Positions 12,161 through 29,690 of a DNA stretch of 64,000 bases are shown here, one piece after another. The position numbers and the translations under genes were made by a program. The DNA comes from Nymphaea colorata (lineage: Eukaryota). The stretch lies in NCBI RefSeq assembly GCF_008831285.2, contig NC_045138.2, positions 15,810,001-15,874,000 of the forward strand. Reading direction: 5' to 3'. The notes beneath the pieces are model-generated. The model was not told where the DNA came from. It saw only the letters and a list, made by a program, of their open reading frames with translations, and ran no database searches. Within the stretch, counting starts at the first letter, position 1, and each line of letters starts with the position of its first letter.

Positions 12161-15100
12161 TGATAAAATGCTCCTCTTAAAACCCACTCTTCCTTGATTG
12201 AATAAAAATGTGTGCATCTATGATTTGAAGTCAGGGGTAGAGCAAACGTAGAGCTAGATTTGGCCTTGGCCTCTTCTCAATTTTTTTGTAAAAAAAAAAT
12301 ATATATATAAAATTTAAAAATAATGACTTGTTTTATATAAAAATTTTGAAAAATAATATTTTAGTTATTTTAAAAAAAATTGACTTGTTTTATATAAAAA
12401 TTTTGAAAAATAATATTTCAATTCTAGTGAAAATTTAGAAACTTTAATTCAACCCCCTCATAAAAAATTTTTAGCTCAATATTTTTTTGTGGTCTTACAC
12501 CAAAACATTTTGAGAATTTCTCTATGCTTGTTTAATAACTTCAAAAGTAGAGTGTTTTTATTTACCTCAAACATTAGATCCGTCTTTGTACTTTTCAAAA
12601 AAAAAAAAAAAAAGGAAGGCAGCAAAAAGCTAAAGTTAAAAATTCAGTAAAAAAAAATAGGTTGCTTTTACATTTGAGAATGGATCCGAGTTCAAAATTC
12701 ACATAGTGCACCTTAGGCATGGAGATGATGCGATGGAGCTGATGCAACACCCGAAACCCAAGCTCGGGCTTGGCCTGCCCAAAACTCCAGCTTGAGCCCA
12801 ATCGGTGAAAAAAAAAAATTTGAATATAAAATATAATATTAAAATACATATTATTAATAAAACAAAAATAATATTAAATAACTTACCAGATCAAAATGGG
12901 CTGACTCGGGCGGCCCAATATATTACCATCTCCGTCCAGCCCTAATTGCAATCCGTGTCTTTTACGTGATCAGTACTTCAATAAGTTTTTGCTTTTCTTT
13001 AATTTCAGAATTTAGGACAACTGGAGTTTAGGCCTGATTACCACTTGAACTTAAAACGCAAATAGGGATGTCAGATTGGTGGGTTCAGAATTGGTTTGAA
13101 AATGACTCACAATGGCAATTATCATATTTGAATATGTAATCCAGAATCTAGAGCATATATATATATATATATATATATGCTCTAGTGAAACTTCACGAAC
13201 GTAATATATGTTTGAAAAGGCTGGTGACTAGTTGCACACGAATCTTCTTTTATGCAGACAGAGATAAGATGGCTGTGGCTGCTCTGGAGAGGAGGAAAAA
13301 GCTCATGTAGATATGCAAATCTTTTCTTGGTTTATCATGATCTGTCCTAATTCTTTTGCTGTTTCTTTGTAGTTTTTATTCTTTCATTCATTCGTTAATA
13401 AAAAGTAGGTGACGTGACCTCCAGCAGGATGCTTTTGATTAGCGGTAACCCGTTGGTTGCTGCTCTTCTGTTCTGTGAACGTATTAAGATGACAAAACTT
13501 ATCGTGGAGTTTGGAAAGGACCTCATTTTACTGTTGCTTGTCTGATCATTTATCTATTAATTTTCATTTCCTTGATACCTGTTGGTTCTCTGTATTGTAT
13601 TGATCTTGATTTGATTGGAGGATGCAAAGATAAAACGGTTGCATCAAGTGGAACATATTTAGTGTTTACGGATGAAAATTATTCAAGTCATTAAAAAAAT
13701 AAAAAAAAAAAATATTTTGGCTCGACCGGTCGCTCCTCTTGGCTCGACCTGCAAATTGTTTGACCAGCCCCTGAAAAAAAATTTACTTCACCTGTTTAAT
13801 CTATCAAGCGGGGTCGCGTTTATGATCAAAGTGCATTGTGGACCAACAAGAAGAAGATCTTTTCTAGTTTGAAGACAAGAGAAGAAAGAAAAAGTGAAAT
13901 GAATGCTTACTTGATTTTTGGTCTTTGCAGTGAGGCCACTCACTCGCATACAAATCCAAGATTCGCAGCCTCCAGGAACATATTGAACCGGCCAGTTCAC
14001 ATTCAAATGGCTCCATGTTCATATGGTGGTAAGCGTTATATCTACGCTAAAAGATGTAAAATACTCGAGCCCATGTAAATGGTTTTTTTCATATGATACA
14101 TACATTTCCCTCTCCCACCTTCATTTTTTGGAGTTGGATCCAGTTGTAGTCCAGCGTTGGACCAATGAAGGTGGTAACCGGATTGAGTACTCAATATTTA
14201 GATCCAAATCACGTTGTGGACCCGGACCCGAGGGAAGAGCACAGGTCGCCCCATCATCATCACCATTGTGATGATGATGATGATGATGACATCACCACCA
14301 TAATCACCCATCACGCCATCATCATCCATCACCATGGACGGGAAAAGGGAACAGATTCCCACCTCCCAACGCTAACGCTACCTTCTTCTCTGCAACTTTT
14401 TCCGCCATCGCCTGCCTCCCTTGCCCGTTCTGCCCCTCCCATCTCCCCCAATGTCTATATTGCCCCCCTACACCATTATCAGGCTTGTTATCGTCGATTA
14501 TGCTCTCGTTCCTGTTTCTTAAAAATAAAGCTGCAAATATTTTCGACTCCAATTTAAAGTTGATTCTTTATTATATTTAAAGCTTTTTGGTGGTTGTTAA
14601 ATAAGTACTGTGCATCACATGCCATGCATCAAATTTGTTTTGGCCAATGGGTGGCTTCGCTGGATGATTTTGAATCAGGAAATGTAAAAATATGTAAAAC
14701 TTAAGTTTGTTACCATTTCGTAATGAGAATACTTTGATTGATCTCAAAGATGTGTTAATAATATTTCATAAATCTGTTTTAATTTTTTAAGTATATTTAT
14801 AAAATAGTAACAAACTGTTACTGTTGCTAAACAATCTCGAGAACTACTTGAGTGGATAAGTTTGGACTCCTCCACTGAACAAAGTTCAAAGGAGCATTAC
14901 ATAACAAGAACATTGTGTTAGTGTTACATGAATTTATTTTAAAGATTAAGACATATTTACATAACAGTAACGTAATATTCATGGTACCAAATGTTTCCTA
15001 AGAAGTCCAACGGGTTTTTGGCGGGGCTCAATCCTGGTTTAGTTCATGGACTTGAACCAATGATCTTAAATTTGAGAATATTATGTCCTGCCAAATTTAT

Positions 15101-15830
15101 AGTTTGACAAGGTAAAAATTCTTCCCAAAACATTAAACATGCTTGATTTCTTTTGCAAAAAAGGTCATATCTAGTACAGATATTTACAAATTTGTGAACC
15201 CACTTATCATACCAGGCAAATTTGCACGAACTTGTGAGTTTCATTTTTCTTTTCTTAACTTCTATTTTCAATTAATAATACATTTTGGATCCTTCGTTGA
15301 ACCAAACTTTTTTTTTTTTTAATTAATGTCTTGATTGTGTAAAGCTTCTTGCCTGATCACAGCGTCCACATGTTGGTAATCATGATTTTGCAGATTCAGA
15401 ATCCACAAACTCGGATGAACCCGATCCATAATAAACGTGATCAGAAACGAACCCCCCAAATGTCCAATCAGAGTAAATAACCCGGCGGTCATTTGTCAAA
15501 TGATTAGGGCCAAGGCGGGAATTTCCGTAGTTTCGGGCCCCAATAATTGGAGCGGGAGACGCTTCCTTGAGCTCCAAACCACTGGGGCGTCTTCTGCAAC
15601 CCCGTTTGCCCTCCTCAGTTGCAGAACTCGTCCTCCCCAAACAGACGATCTCTCTCTCTATGTCTCTCTCTTTCTCTCCTGCTTTATTTCTTCCCTCCGA
15701 AGTCTGATTGTTTTCTGTTTCTTTGGGCATTCAATCTTTCCCATCCTTATTTCCTGGTTTTTCTCAATTTTTTTCTTCTTTCCCGAAATTCCCATTGATT
15801 TTAAAACTATATAAATAATCTGGTGGAGGG

Positions 15831-20529
<4,699 letters not shown>

Positions 20530-22174
20530 TACGCGATCTTCTCTTCGCAATGAACTTGCGAACCTCTGTTTACCAAACATTTGATTTATGTGGGGAGTGT
20601 CTTATTTCGTGCTCCTCCTACCTGTCTCTGCTCATGCCTTCAATTGTTGTGAAGAACTTCTCCGTGTGATGAAGGCATGGAAAAAATCTGACGTTTAGAC
20701 TTTTAAAAGTATTTATTTAGAGCCCCATTCTGTGGGTTCTAAACAAAATTATCGATGCTAATTGTTTGTCATATTCCATGATTAGTCTTTGCAACTTTGT
20801 CATCTGCTATGATAGCACACCAAATCTGCTGCATGGTTGTGAAAGTTCTATCTTCCATGAGATTAATTTTAACCTATTTTCCAACTTGAATGTTTTAGAA
20901 AACCAATGGGTGCATATTGCTTTGTTTCACCAAAACCGTTGGTCTAGGCAAAGGAGCTTGAGGGCTTTCTTTGGGTAAATTTGAGCATAATTGTTTCGCT
21001 ATGAATGGTCACCTTATAGGTTGTGTAATCTGTATTCTGGTTGCAGCGAAACCGTCTCATGTGTTCTTTATCGAATTACATATCCACAATAATTTACCAA
21101 ATTGAATGTCTTTGAGAGCGTTTTGAGTATGGTTCCCTTAAGTCATAAAAGTGAAAAGAAAAACCATGTTCATGTTCTAGGAAATATGCTAAGAGGCATA
21201 GAAGAATGATGTGCGGCAATTGTTTGCTAGATATAGATAATATATCTATAAGCACATCATGTATTTTGAAACAGAAGACATGGTTATTTCAAAATTATCT
21301 ACTTCAAAAGAACACCTGTTTCATGAATGTAATGTTCTTGTTAAACACACTAAACAAAAGTGTTTAGGCCTTCTTTTAAGCCTGATTTTTGGGCTTATAG
21401 CTAGAAGTTGGACTTCTAATTTTCCAATTATAAAACGAATTGTAGCCGGCAAATCTATTTTATTTCTCAGTCAACATCTGAGTAAGCTTTGTTGTCTCCC
21501 GTGGTGTCAATTGGAGAACACATGAATGTGAACAACTATTGACAGTGAATGGATGCATAAGTGCCGCCAGAACATGAGGAATTGAGCAATAAGCCTGCAA
21601 ATCGAGGTGTTCGAAATGGAACAAAGAGTTTCATGTGAGTGTTATTGAGCTGGATCACTCATCAAATGACAGTTAGGATCGCAACCCTTGTGCCGATGGG
21701 GTGGAACTGGTGTATTAGCTGACTCAACCCTGAGTCAGGACCTTGACTAGGTCAATTGACCTATTTGTCTGTTCAAGCCACCTTTGACCATACCTACAAG
21801 CTGTTCAATGTTCCATAATATGCAATCTTAATGCTAATATCCATGGCCAGGCACTAACCAGCATACTAGCTGACTCTCCATCTTAAGGTTGATCATGTTC
21901 AACAGTACCGCTAGTATAAGAGTCCCTGAGAGGTTGGCACATCGGCTCGGGCCAGTGGCTTGGTAGGCAGCTGTTCCTGATTGGAGTGGTATGGATCATA
22001 CATTTTGGATTCTGTACCAAGTACTGTACATTACAACCCATATCACATAATAGATGTTTGAACGAAAAATTTTGGAGACCTGATCTTGTTTTTTTAACTC
22101 TTGCCTATAGAAGCCCCGACAGTTTGAGCAAGTTCTTATCGTTTGAGGATAAAATGTTTGTGTATGATTTACAA

Positions 22175-22686
22175 TGAAGAAAGAGAAAATGCACTCATTT
22201 TGTGGAAAGCCGTTGAGATTTTTGCAATTAAAAAATGCCAATTGATGTTTAGTTGGAGTGTCATTCAACAAGTTCAAACTAAGAGAGATAGACTGGACCA
22301 AGTTAACAAGTTGAATGACTTTATCTTTGTTCGTTAGCGAGAGAGATAATAAATTAATGTACATGTGGATACTTGTTTAATAAGTTAACTTAATATATAT
22401 GATAAAATGCCGTTGAGAGATCAATTGCCTTATTCTTTAATTAAATGAATAAGGAAGGCATGTCAATCAATTTTTTGAACGTTGAACTAACGTTCCTTTT
22501 TATTTCAGGCAATTGCTGAAACGTTCTCAACTTTTGTTGTATAAAAGGAGGACGATTGTAATTCAAATTATCAAGAAAGATTGATCTCTCTCCCGTGGAC
22601 GTAGGCAACACTAGCCAAACCACGTAAAAATGCTTTCTCTTCTTCTCTCCTAGCTCTGTCCAAACTCTGTTTATCGCAATTCTTTA
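22175..22686 (+). repeat. Copia 5' LTR
   Basis: Starts TGAAGAA, the inverted complement of the TTCTTCA that ends the 3' LTR, and directly precedes the PBS. Its last 260 bp match 26918-27177. The left boundary is inferred from the terminal inverted repeat only. Confidence 0.75.
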
Positions 22687-22698
22687 TGGTATCAGAGC
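22687..22698 (+). promoter_or_regulatory. Primer-binding site complementary to initiator tRNA-Met
   Basis: TGGTATCAGAGC immediately follows the 5' LTR; this is the standard plant Copia PBS. Confidence 0.9.
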
Positions 22699-22748
22699 GA
22701 TAAATCTTCATCATGAGGTAGAAAATCATCTCCAAGCAGCAAGAATCT

Positions 22749-25700
22749 ATGGAGCAGGAAAGGGGAGCAAGGCACGATAATGAACAACACACTATCTTGC
22801 AAGGCAGTGATGGATCTTTGCACAGACTTGTCGTGCACGAGCAAGGTAATCCCAATCTCAAGATTACTAATACCTTGCTTGATGGTCTCAATTATTTACC
22901 TTGGTCTAAGGCAGTCACTCGATTCCTTAGTGGAAAATCTAAACTCTGATACATTCATGGTACCTCAAAGAGACCACCACTCAATGATCCGAAATATGGC
23001 GAGTAGCGATCAACCAATGACACTGTTGCGTCTTGGCTCATCAATTCGATGGAGCCAAAGATAGCAGCCTGTTTGAATTTTCTAGACACGCTGAGGAGGT
23101 GTGGCAAGCTACCAAAGATCTTTACGGTGAACAATATAATATTGCTCGCATGCACCAACTGTCTCAAACAAAAGGAAGTCTAAAGAAAGGGACGACCCCT
23201 ATTAACGAATATATTGGCACCTTTAAAGAAATTTGGGATGAGATAGATGTCCATTCTCCATTGACTACCGATCTTTCTATAGCTAAGAAGCAACGTGAAC
23301 AAGAGCACATATTTGAAATTCTTGTTGGGCTTCCAAATGACTACGAGAATCTTCGTAGTCAAATTCTCATGGCACATGAGCTACCTTCGCTAAGTTCAGT
23401 TTGTGCCCTTCTTATACGAGAAGAGTCAAGAAGAAAGGCTATGGGCACCTTAAACTACAACGATCAAGATGTGTCAAACGATGAAAAGGCAGCTTTTGTT
23501 GTAAACGGTATAGATAACAGAAATTTCAAAGGTAAACGTGATAATGACAGAAAACTTAAATGCTCATACTGTAAAAGAATTGGCCATTCTCATGACACAT
23601 GCTGGTTTATCCATGGAAACCCTGACAGAGGTATAAGTCATACCTCCAAGACCACCTCAAATGGGTAATCTAAGAAAGAAAACAATTTCAGTGGGATAAT
23701 CAAGAAGGAGAACAATCAGACCAGTCTTATAACTTCTTCATCAGACAAGCCTATCACATTGGAGACTCTTGCTGAAATGATAAAGGAACTCCAAGCAGAA
23801 AAGACCGCAGGTATCACCATCAACTCTTCCGATTACACTAAAGGTATGGCCTACGTCTCTTGTCTTGATTCTAGCTGTCATTGGATAGTCGACTCAGGAG
23901 CCACAGATCACATTGCTAACCAATTTACTCACCTCTATACCTCTCACCCTATTGACGGCATTGGACCAGTTGCTGCAGCCAACGGAATGCCTATTGCCGT
24001 CAAAGGAAAAGGAGGAATAGACTTTTTTAACAAAAATTACACTAGTGAGATTCTTGTCATGTCTTAACTTAAGTTTAATCTACTGTCTTTAGCAAAAATT
24101 ACCAAAGAATTAGATTGCAATGTGGTTTTTTCCGCTACTAACATTGGATTTCAGGATCGAAAGACTCAGACGATGATTGGTGAGGGGCACCAAGTGAATG
24201 GACTCCACCAAATCAAAGTTCCTCATCAAGCTTTGAATGTGGCTTCCACAAATGAGGGAGAGATCTGGCATCAACGGATGGGTCGTCCATCCACTCGAAC
24301 GTTAAATTATCTTTTTTCCAAGCATTATTTTGACAATCACACATGTGATATTTGTAAGTTTGCTAGAATGACTAGACCAAAGTTCTCTTTATCTGATTCT
24401 ATTAGTGAACAACCATTTGATCTTATTCACTTTGATGTTTGGGGTCCTGCGCCTGTAGATTCTTTGGATGGATTTAAATATTATGTTATGTTTATTGACG
24501 ATTTTTCCAGATCCACTTGGGTTTATTTTATGAAAAACAAATCTGAAGCACTCTTTCATTTTCAAAATTTTTATAAGATGATTGAAGTTCAATACAACTG
24601 TAAAATAAAATGCTTCAAGTCTGATAACGGTACTGAGTTCAAAAATTCTGGTTTCAAAACCTTCTTGGACGAGCATTGCATACTACATCAAACACCGTGT
24701 ATTGACACACTTCAACAAAATGGCATTTCTGAAAGAAAAAATAGACATATTTAAGAAGTTGCTAGAAGGATGTTATTTCAAATGCATGTGCCTAAAAACT
24801 ATTGGAAATATGCTATCTCCTCGGCTTGCTATGCGATCAATAGAACTCCTAATAAGCATCTTAATTATGCTAGTCTTATTGGCAAACTTACGGGTCATGA
24901 ACCAAAACTTGATCATTTGCGTGTGCTTGGTTGTATGGTTTATGTGTGGCTACACTATGCAAAAAGAGACAAACTTAGTCATCGCCCAACCAAATGCATT
25001 TTTGTCGCCACAACTCACAAGGCAACGAGTATGTATGTTTTGATCCTATTACTAAGAAAACCTTTATATCTCGTGAAGTTCATTTCAATGAGAAACAACC
25101 CTACTTTGGAGTCAATAATTGTGATATAGGACATGGGGAGTCTAATTCTCCTAACTTGCATGATTTTGATGATTTATTTTTTACCATAAGTGATGAATGG
25201 GTTACTAGAGAAACTCTTTTAGAAACTGAAAGTCACTCAGAAAATCAAGAACCTGTTATTACTACGGATGGTGATGAACCCTTACGGATGGTGATGAACC
25301 CTCTAACCAAGAACTTAGAAGATCTGAGAGAATTTGAAGATCGCCCTCTCATCTAACAGAATATGAGACTTATTCCTGCAGTCATTATCTCATCAGCAAT
25401 TTTGTTTCTTATGATAAGATTTCTACTTAACACATCAACTTCATCAAAAGTCTTGATAAAATTAGTGAGCCTCAAACTTTTCAAGAAGCTAAGAAGGACT
25501 CAAATTGGAGAAAGACAATGGAAGAATAATTAGAGACCCTAAATCGCAACAAGACTTGAGAGATTGTTACAAAACCAAAGAATTCTAACGTTGTTGGTTA
25601 CAAATGGCACTACAGAGTCAAATACAAGAGTGACAGCTCACTAGAAAGATACAAAGCATGTGTAGTAGCCAAGGGATTTACTCAAACAAAAGGACTGGAC

Positions 25701-26920
25701 TATGATGAAACTTTTGCTCTTGTGGCAAAAATGATACATTAAGGATTCTCTTATCTTTGGCCAGTAACCTGAACTGGGGACTCCATCAACTAGACATGAA
25801 AAATGTCTTCTTGCAAGGTGAATTGAGTGAAGAAATTTACAAGGCACTTCCTCCAGGGCATCCAGATGAAGGGAAAAATTATGTGTGCAGGCTCAACAAA
25901 GCTATCTATGGTCTGAAACAGTCTCCTAGAGCGTGGTACCTGAAATGAAGCATGACCTTAAAAAACTTTGGATATCACCGATGTCACTCTGACAATACGC
26001 TCTTCATAAGGAAAGGCAAAGAACACATCATTGTTGTGTTAATTTATGTGGATGATATAGTAGTGACAGGTGACAATGTTGAAGGCATACATAATCTCAA
26101 ACAATACTTGAGAACCACATTTGATATAAAAGACCTAGGGAAACTCAAGTATTTTCTCGAAATTGAGATAGCCCAATCACACAAAGGCATCTTCATTTGT
26201 CAAATAAAATATGCACTTGATATATCAAAGGAAACTGGAAAGATGGATGCACGTCCTGCCGACACTCCGTTTGAAACAAATCTCAAATTGGGATCATGTG
26301 AGGATGAACCAGAGGTCAACAAGGAAGTATATCAACGTTTAGTTGGTAAACTTATTTACTTATATGTCACTAGACCTGATATTTCGTTTGCAGTGAATAT
26401 GAGTAGCAGGTACATGCAAAGCCCAAGAGAGTCACATATGAGAGCTGCATATCGCATTCTTCGATACATCAAAGGCACTCTTGGACAAGGACTCTGGTAC
26501 AAAAGGAATCAAAACTTAGATACAGTTGCATTCACATATGCAGATTAGGCTGGAGACATCGGTGATAGAAAATCAACTACAAGATATTGTATCTTTGTCG
26601 GATGTAATCTTGTGGCATGGAAATGCAAGAAATAGAAGACAGTAGCTAGATCCATTACTAAAGCAGAATATCGAGTCATGGCCGCAGGAACCAGTGAACT
26701 CATATGGACTAAAAATATAATTGAAGAACTGAGCCTTGAAGTTTCAAAACCTATGCACATGTTCTGTGATAATCAAGTAGCTATATATATTTCAACCAAT
26801 CCAGCCTTTCATGAAAGGACAAAGCACATCGAAATTGATTGCCACTATGTCACAGAAAAGATTGAATCTCGAGATATCAGAACTCTTCACATAAATGGAG
26901 TGGAACAAGTTGCTGACGCC
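22749..26920 (+). pseudogene. Disrupted Copia gag-pol polyprotein
   Basis: ORF fragments 22749, 23033, 23759, 24122, 24770, 24994, 25757, 25952 and 26678 carry consecutive gag, PR, IN, RT and RH motifs separated by stops and frameshifts. Confidence 0.92.
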
Positions 26921-27177
26921 TTATTCTTTAATTAAATGAATAAGAAAGGTGCGTCAATCAATTTTTTGAACGTTGAACTAACGGTCCTTTTTATTTCAGG
27001 CAATTGCTGAAACGTTCTCAACTTTTGTAGTATAAAAGGAGAACGATTGTAATTAAAATTATTAAGAAAGATTGATCTCTCTTCCGTGGACGTAGGCAAC
27101 ACTAGTCGAACCACGTAAACATGCCTTCTCTTCTTCTCTCCTAGCTCTGTCCAAACTCTGTTTATCGCAATTCTTCA
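26918..27177 (+). repeat. Copia 3' LTR, 5'-truncated
   Basis: 260-bp direct repeat of 22427-22686 with about 15 mismatches by eye; ends in CA. Confidence 0.92.
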
Positions 27178-27492
27178 ATATACCTAAGTACTGTTCTAAA
27201 ATGTGTTAAGCTTTGTTTGCTGGTCTATGCAATTAGAAGAAGAAACAATTAGAAAAAAACTTTAGAAAACATAGAAAGCAAGTTGATGCTATTAATTTGG
27301 AGCACTTTGATACATTAAAATCACAAATTGAAAATAAAAAATTGCAACATATATCAGGAAGAACCTTAAATGGTTTAAGAGTGAAAGAGAAGCCACTCAT
27401 GATGAAGACCATTCATATATTGGTAAGAACGTTGAATTTACACGAGGACGTGAAGAAAAATCATTATTTTATTTTATTTTGCCCTTTGTATT

Positions 27493-28640
27493 TGATACGT
27501 GCCTAATTTTGGCACCATCGAGGACGGCCGAAGGCCTAGTCCAGAGCGCTAGAGCGGAGCAGACCAGCGGCGTGAGTAGCAGTTGGGCACCCCGATTACA
27601 ACCCGACAGGCTTATGTCCTTGTTGCCTTGTGAGGTTAGCCTCGCCGGGGAGCGTCGAGAGAAGCAGGCCGCAGCATTGCATGCGGCCGAGGATGAGCGC
27701 AAGCCCAAGGAGCAGCCTGCAAGGTCTGACACTAGCACCTATGTGCATAGGGCCAAGTGCACACGAGTGAGACATGACACCTTGGCATGGTTCAGGGTTT
27801 GACACTTATAGAACCCTTGGACATTACTTATATGGCTGCAGTGAGAGGAACAGGCAGAGCAGCTGAGGTCGAAAAAGGTGAGATAGGGTCCGGATTCATA
27901 GAGAGAGCGGGTGCAACCAGATCCATTCTAGGTGCCCTTTTTTACTTATGTTTATTTACTCTTTTGTACTGTCTCGATTTGAGACGTGTTAGAATCGTTT
28001 TAGTTTAAGTTTTTTGTATTGTCTCGGGTTAGGAGCTAAGTGAACCGAGATGTTTATCATGTATATAACCTTGTAATTAGGTTTTTTTGGATTACGCTTG
28101 AATGAAGATTTGATTTTATTTGGGCGTCCCTTTCTCTCTTCCCCTTTACCTCTTGAGCTTTGTCAGTGGTGGTGGCCGGATTCTAGTATGACCTCAACCG
28201 GCGTAGCCGGAGTTCTACCTACAGCCAGTGGCCTCCTCTATTTCTGATTTCTCTTCTCCTAAAGTCACCCCTTCCATGGCCGATTGGATGACGATTTGAA
28301 GATGACGAACGTTGCTGCCGACAACCTCTCCATCTTTTCCAAGTCACGACGTTTCCCCGACCAGTAAGCTAGGTGATCCACGGTGCAACTTTCCTTAACC
28401 ACAAAGGGAGGTTAGAGGCCGGTTTCATCTCACGGGAAGGCTGCCGTGCAGGAGTATGCTAGTAGATCTGGTGTTATACTTCTAAAGTAGCAGCACGACC
28501 ATCTACCGACCAACGAACATCCGCCTCCTATGTTCCTGCGATAGAAGGAGAAGTGGTGGCAGACCACAAAGTTGAAATCGATTCTTCTTGTTGAGTGTGA
28601 TCTTGGGTAGCGATAGCGCCTCGGCAATGAGGTTCTATCA
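27493..28640. mobile_element. Solo LTR (1148 bp) with intact target-site duplication
   Basis: Termini TGATA...TATCA, perfect 5-bp GTATT on both sides (27488-27492 and 28641-28645), GC-richer than the flanks, no internal coding domains. Confidence 0.85.
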
Positions 28641-29196
28641 GTATTGCTCAATTTTATTTCATTTCACGAATTATAAGGCCAAGTTTGTTCCTTTTTTTTT
28701 TGTGGGTTATAGTACTTGCGCATGCTGAATCGACGAAGGTTCATATTTAAGTATGCCATTTTTTTTATATAAAAAAGAATACTCTTCTTTATTTACTCTG
28801 GTTTTGAATGTTTTTATATATTTCTTGTTTCTAATAAAAAAAACTACGGTTATTTAAAGGTTACATCACGTTAACTACGATTGGCCCGATCAATATAACG
28901 TTGAGCTGAGTTAATTTAACACCTGAAAACCTGCATGTTGCTAATGAAGTGCGAGTTTTAAGCTGAATTTGGAAGTTAGAGATTGAGATGAGATTAATGA
29001 TGAGGACATGAGAGGGTTTGTCAATCTTCTTTCTGAAAAAAGGTGGCTGAAAATGACTCCTCTCCATCTGATCATCGATTCTCTTCGGCCTTTTTTATTA
29101 ACAAAAAATGGTAAAAAATCACTTTGAGTGGGAACTAAGCCCGTAATTGTCAGCCAAAAACATTTAAATAAAATTTAAATAAAAAATTTTAAAACA

Positions 29197-29690
29197 AAGA
29201 CGGCATGTTTGTTCAGAAATCAAAATGCCACCCAAGAGTTTCTGCATGCTAGTTGTGAAGACGGACCTCTGAAGCTTCTTTTCTTTCAGAGAGATGATGA
29301 ACTTGAAACAGGCTAGAAAGAAGAAGAAGAAGAAAAAGAAGAAAACAATGATGATGGCAACGACGACCCAGAAATGGGTGATGCCCCACAATCACGTAAG
29401 GAAGAAGATGGTGATGGTGGTGGTCATGAAGGTGAAAAAACACGCCAGTGCAGATGAATAAATAAAAAAGACAAACTTCCATGGAAGCAAAATTTTGAAT
29501 CTGTTGTATCTACTGCTTTTCCTTTTGTTTTTCCTTCTATTTTTTTAGTAGTTGAGAGCAGAAAAACAAAGAAATTTCCACAAAGACATTTCCATCTATT
29601 TTTTCTACTTATTTTTCTCTTGTCCGCCATGAAAAAGGTTCATCTGCTCCGTAGTAACTGGCGGTTTGGATTGCCACAGCCGAGAGTACA
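29197..29690 (+). pseudogene. Inverted degraded duplicate of the FAF gene 3' CDS and 3' flank
   Basis: CCAAGAGTTTCTGCATGCTAG, CAGAGAGATGA, GACGACCCAGAAATGGGTG and GTAACTGGCGGTTTGGATTGCC match the reverse complement of 31044-31622; contains indels and a stop. Confidence 0.85.

Larger units (their letters stand above)
22175..27177 (+). mobile_element. Degenerate Ty1/Copia LTR retrotransposon
   Basis: 5' LTR ~22175-22686 and PBS TGGTATCAGAGC at 22687-22698. Gag (LDGLNYLPWS; zinc knuckle CSYCKRIGHSHDTC), protease WIVDSGATDH, integrase (IHFDVWGP, SDNGTEF, ERKNRH), RT (YGLKQSPRAW, YVDD) and RNase H (CDNQVAI, HERTKHIEIDCH) occur in Copia order. Partial 3' LTR at 26918-27177. Many stops and frameshifts. 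Confidence 0.95.

Noticed and set aside
14165..14557. 130-aa His/Asp-rich ORF
   Set aside because: Produced by CAT/GAT trinucleotide repeats; no domain or splice support.
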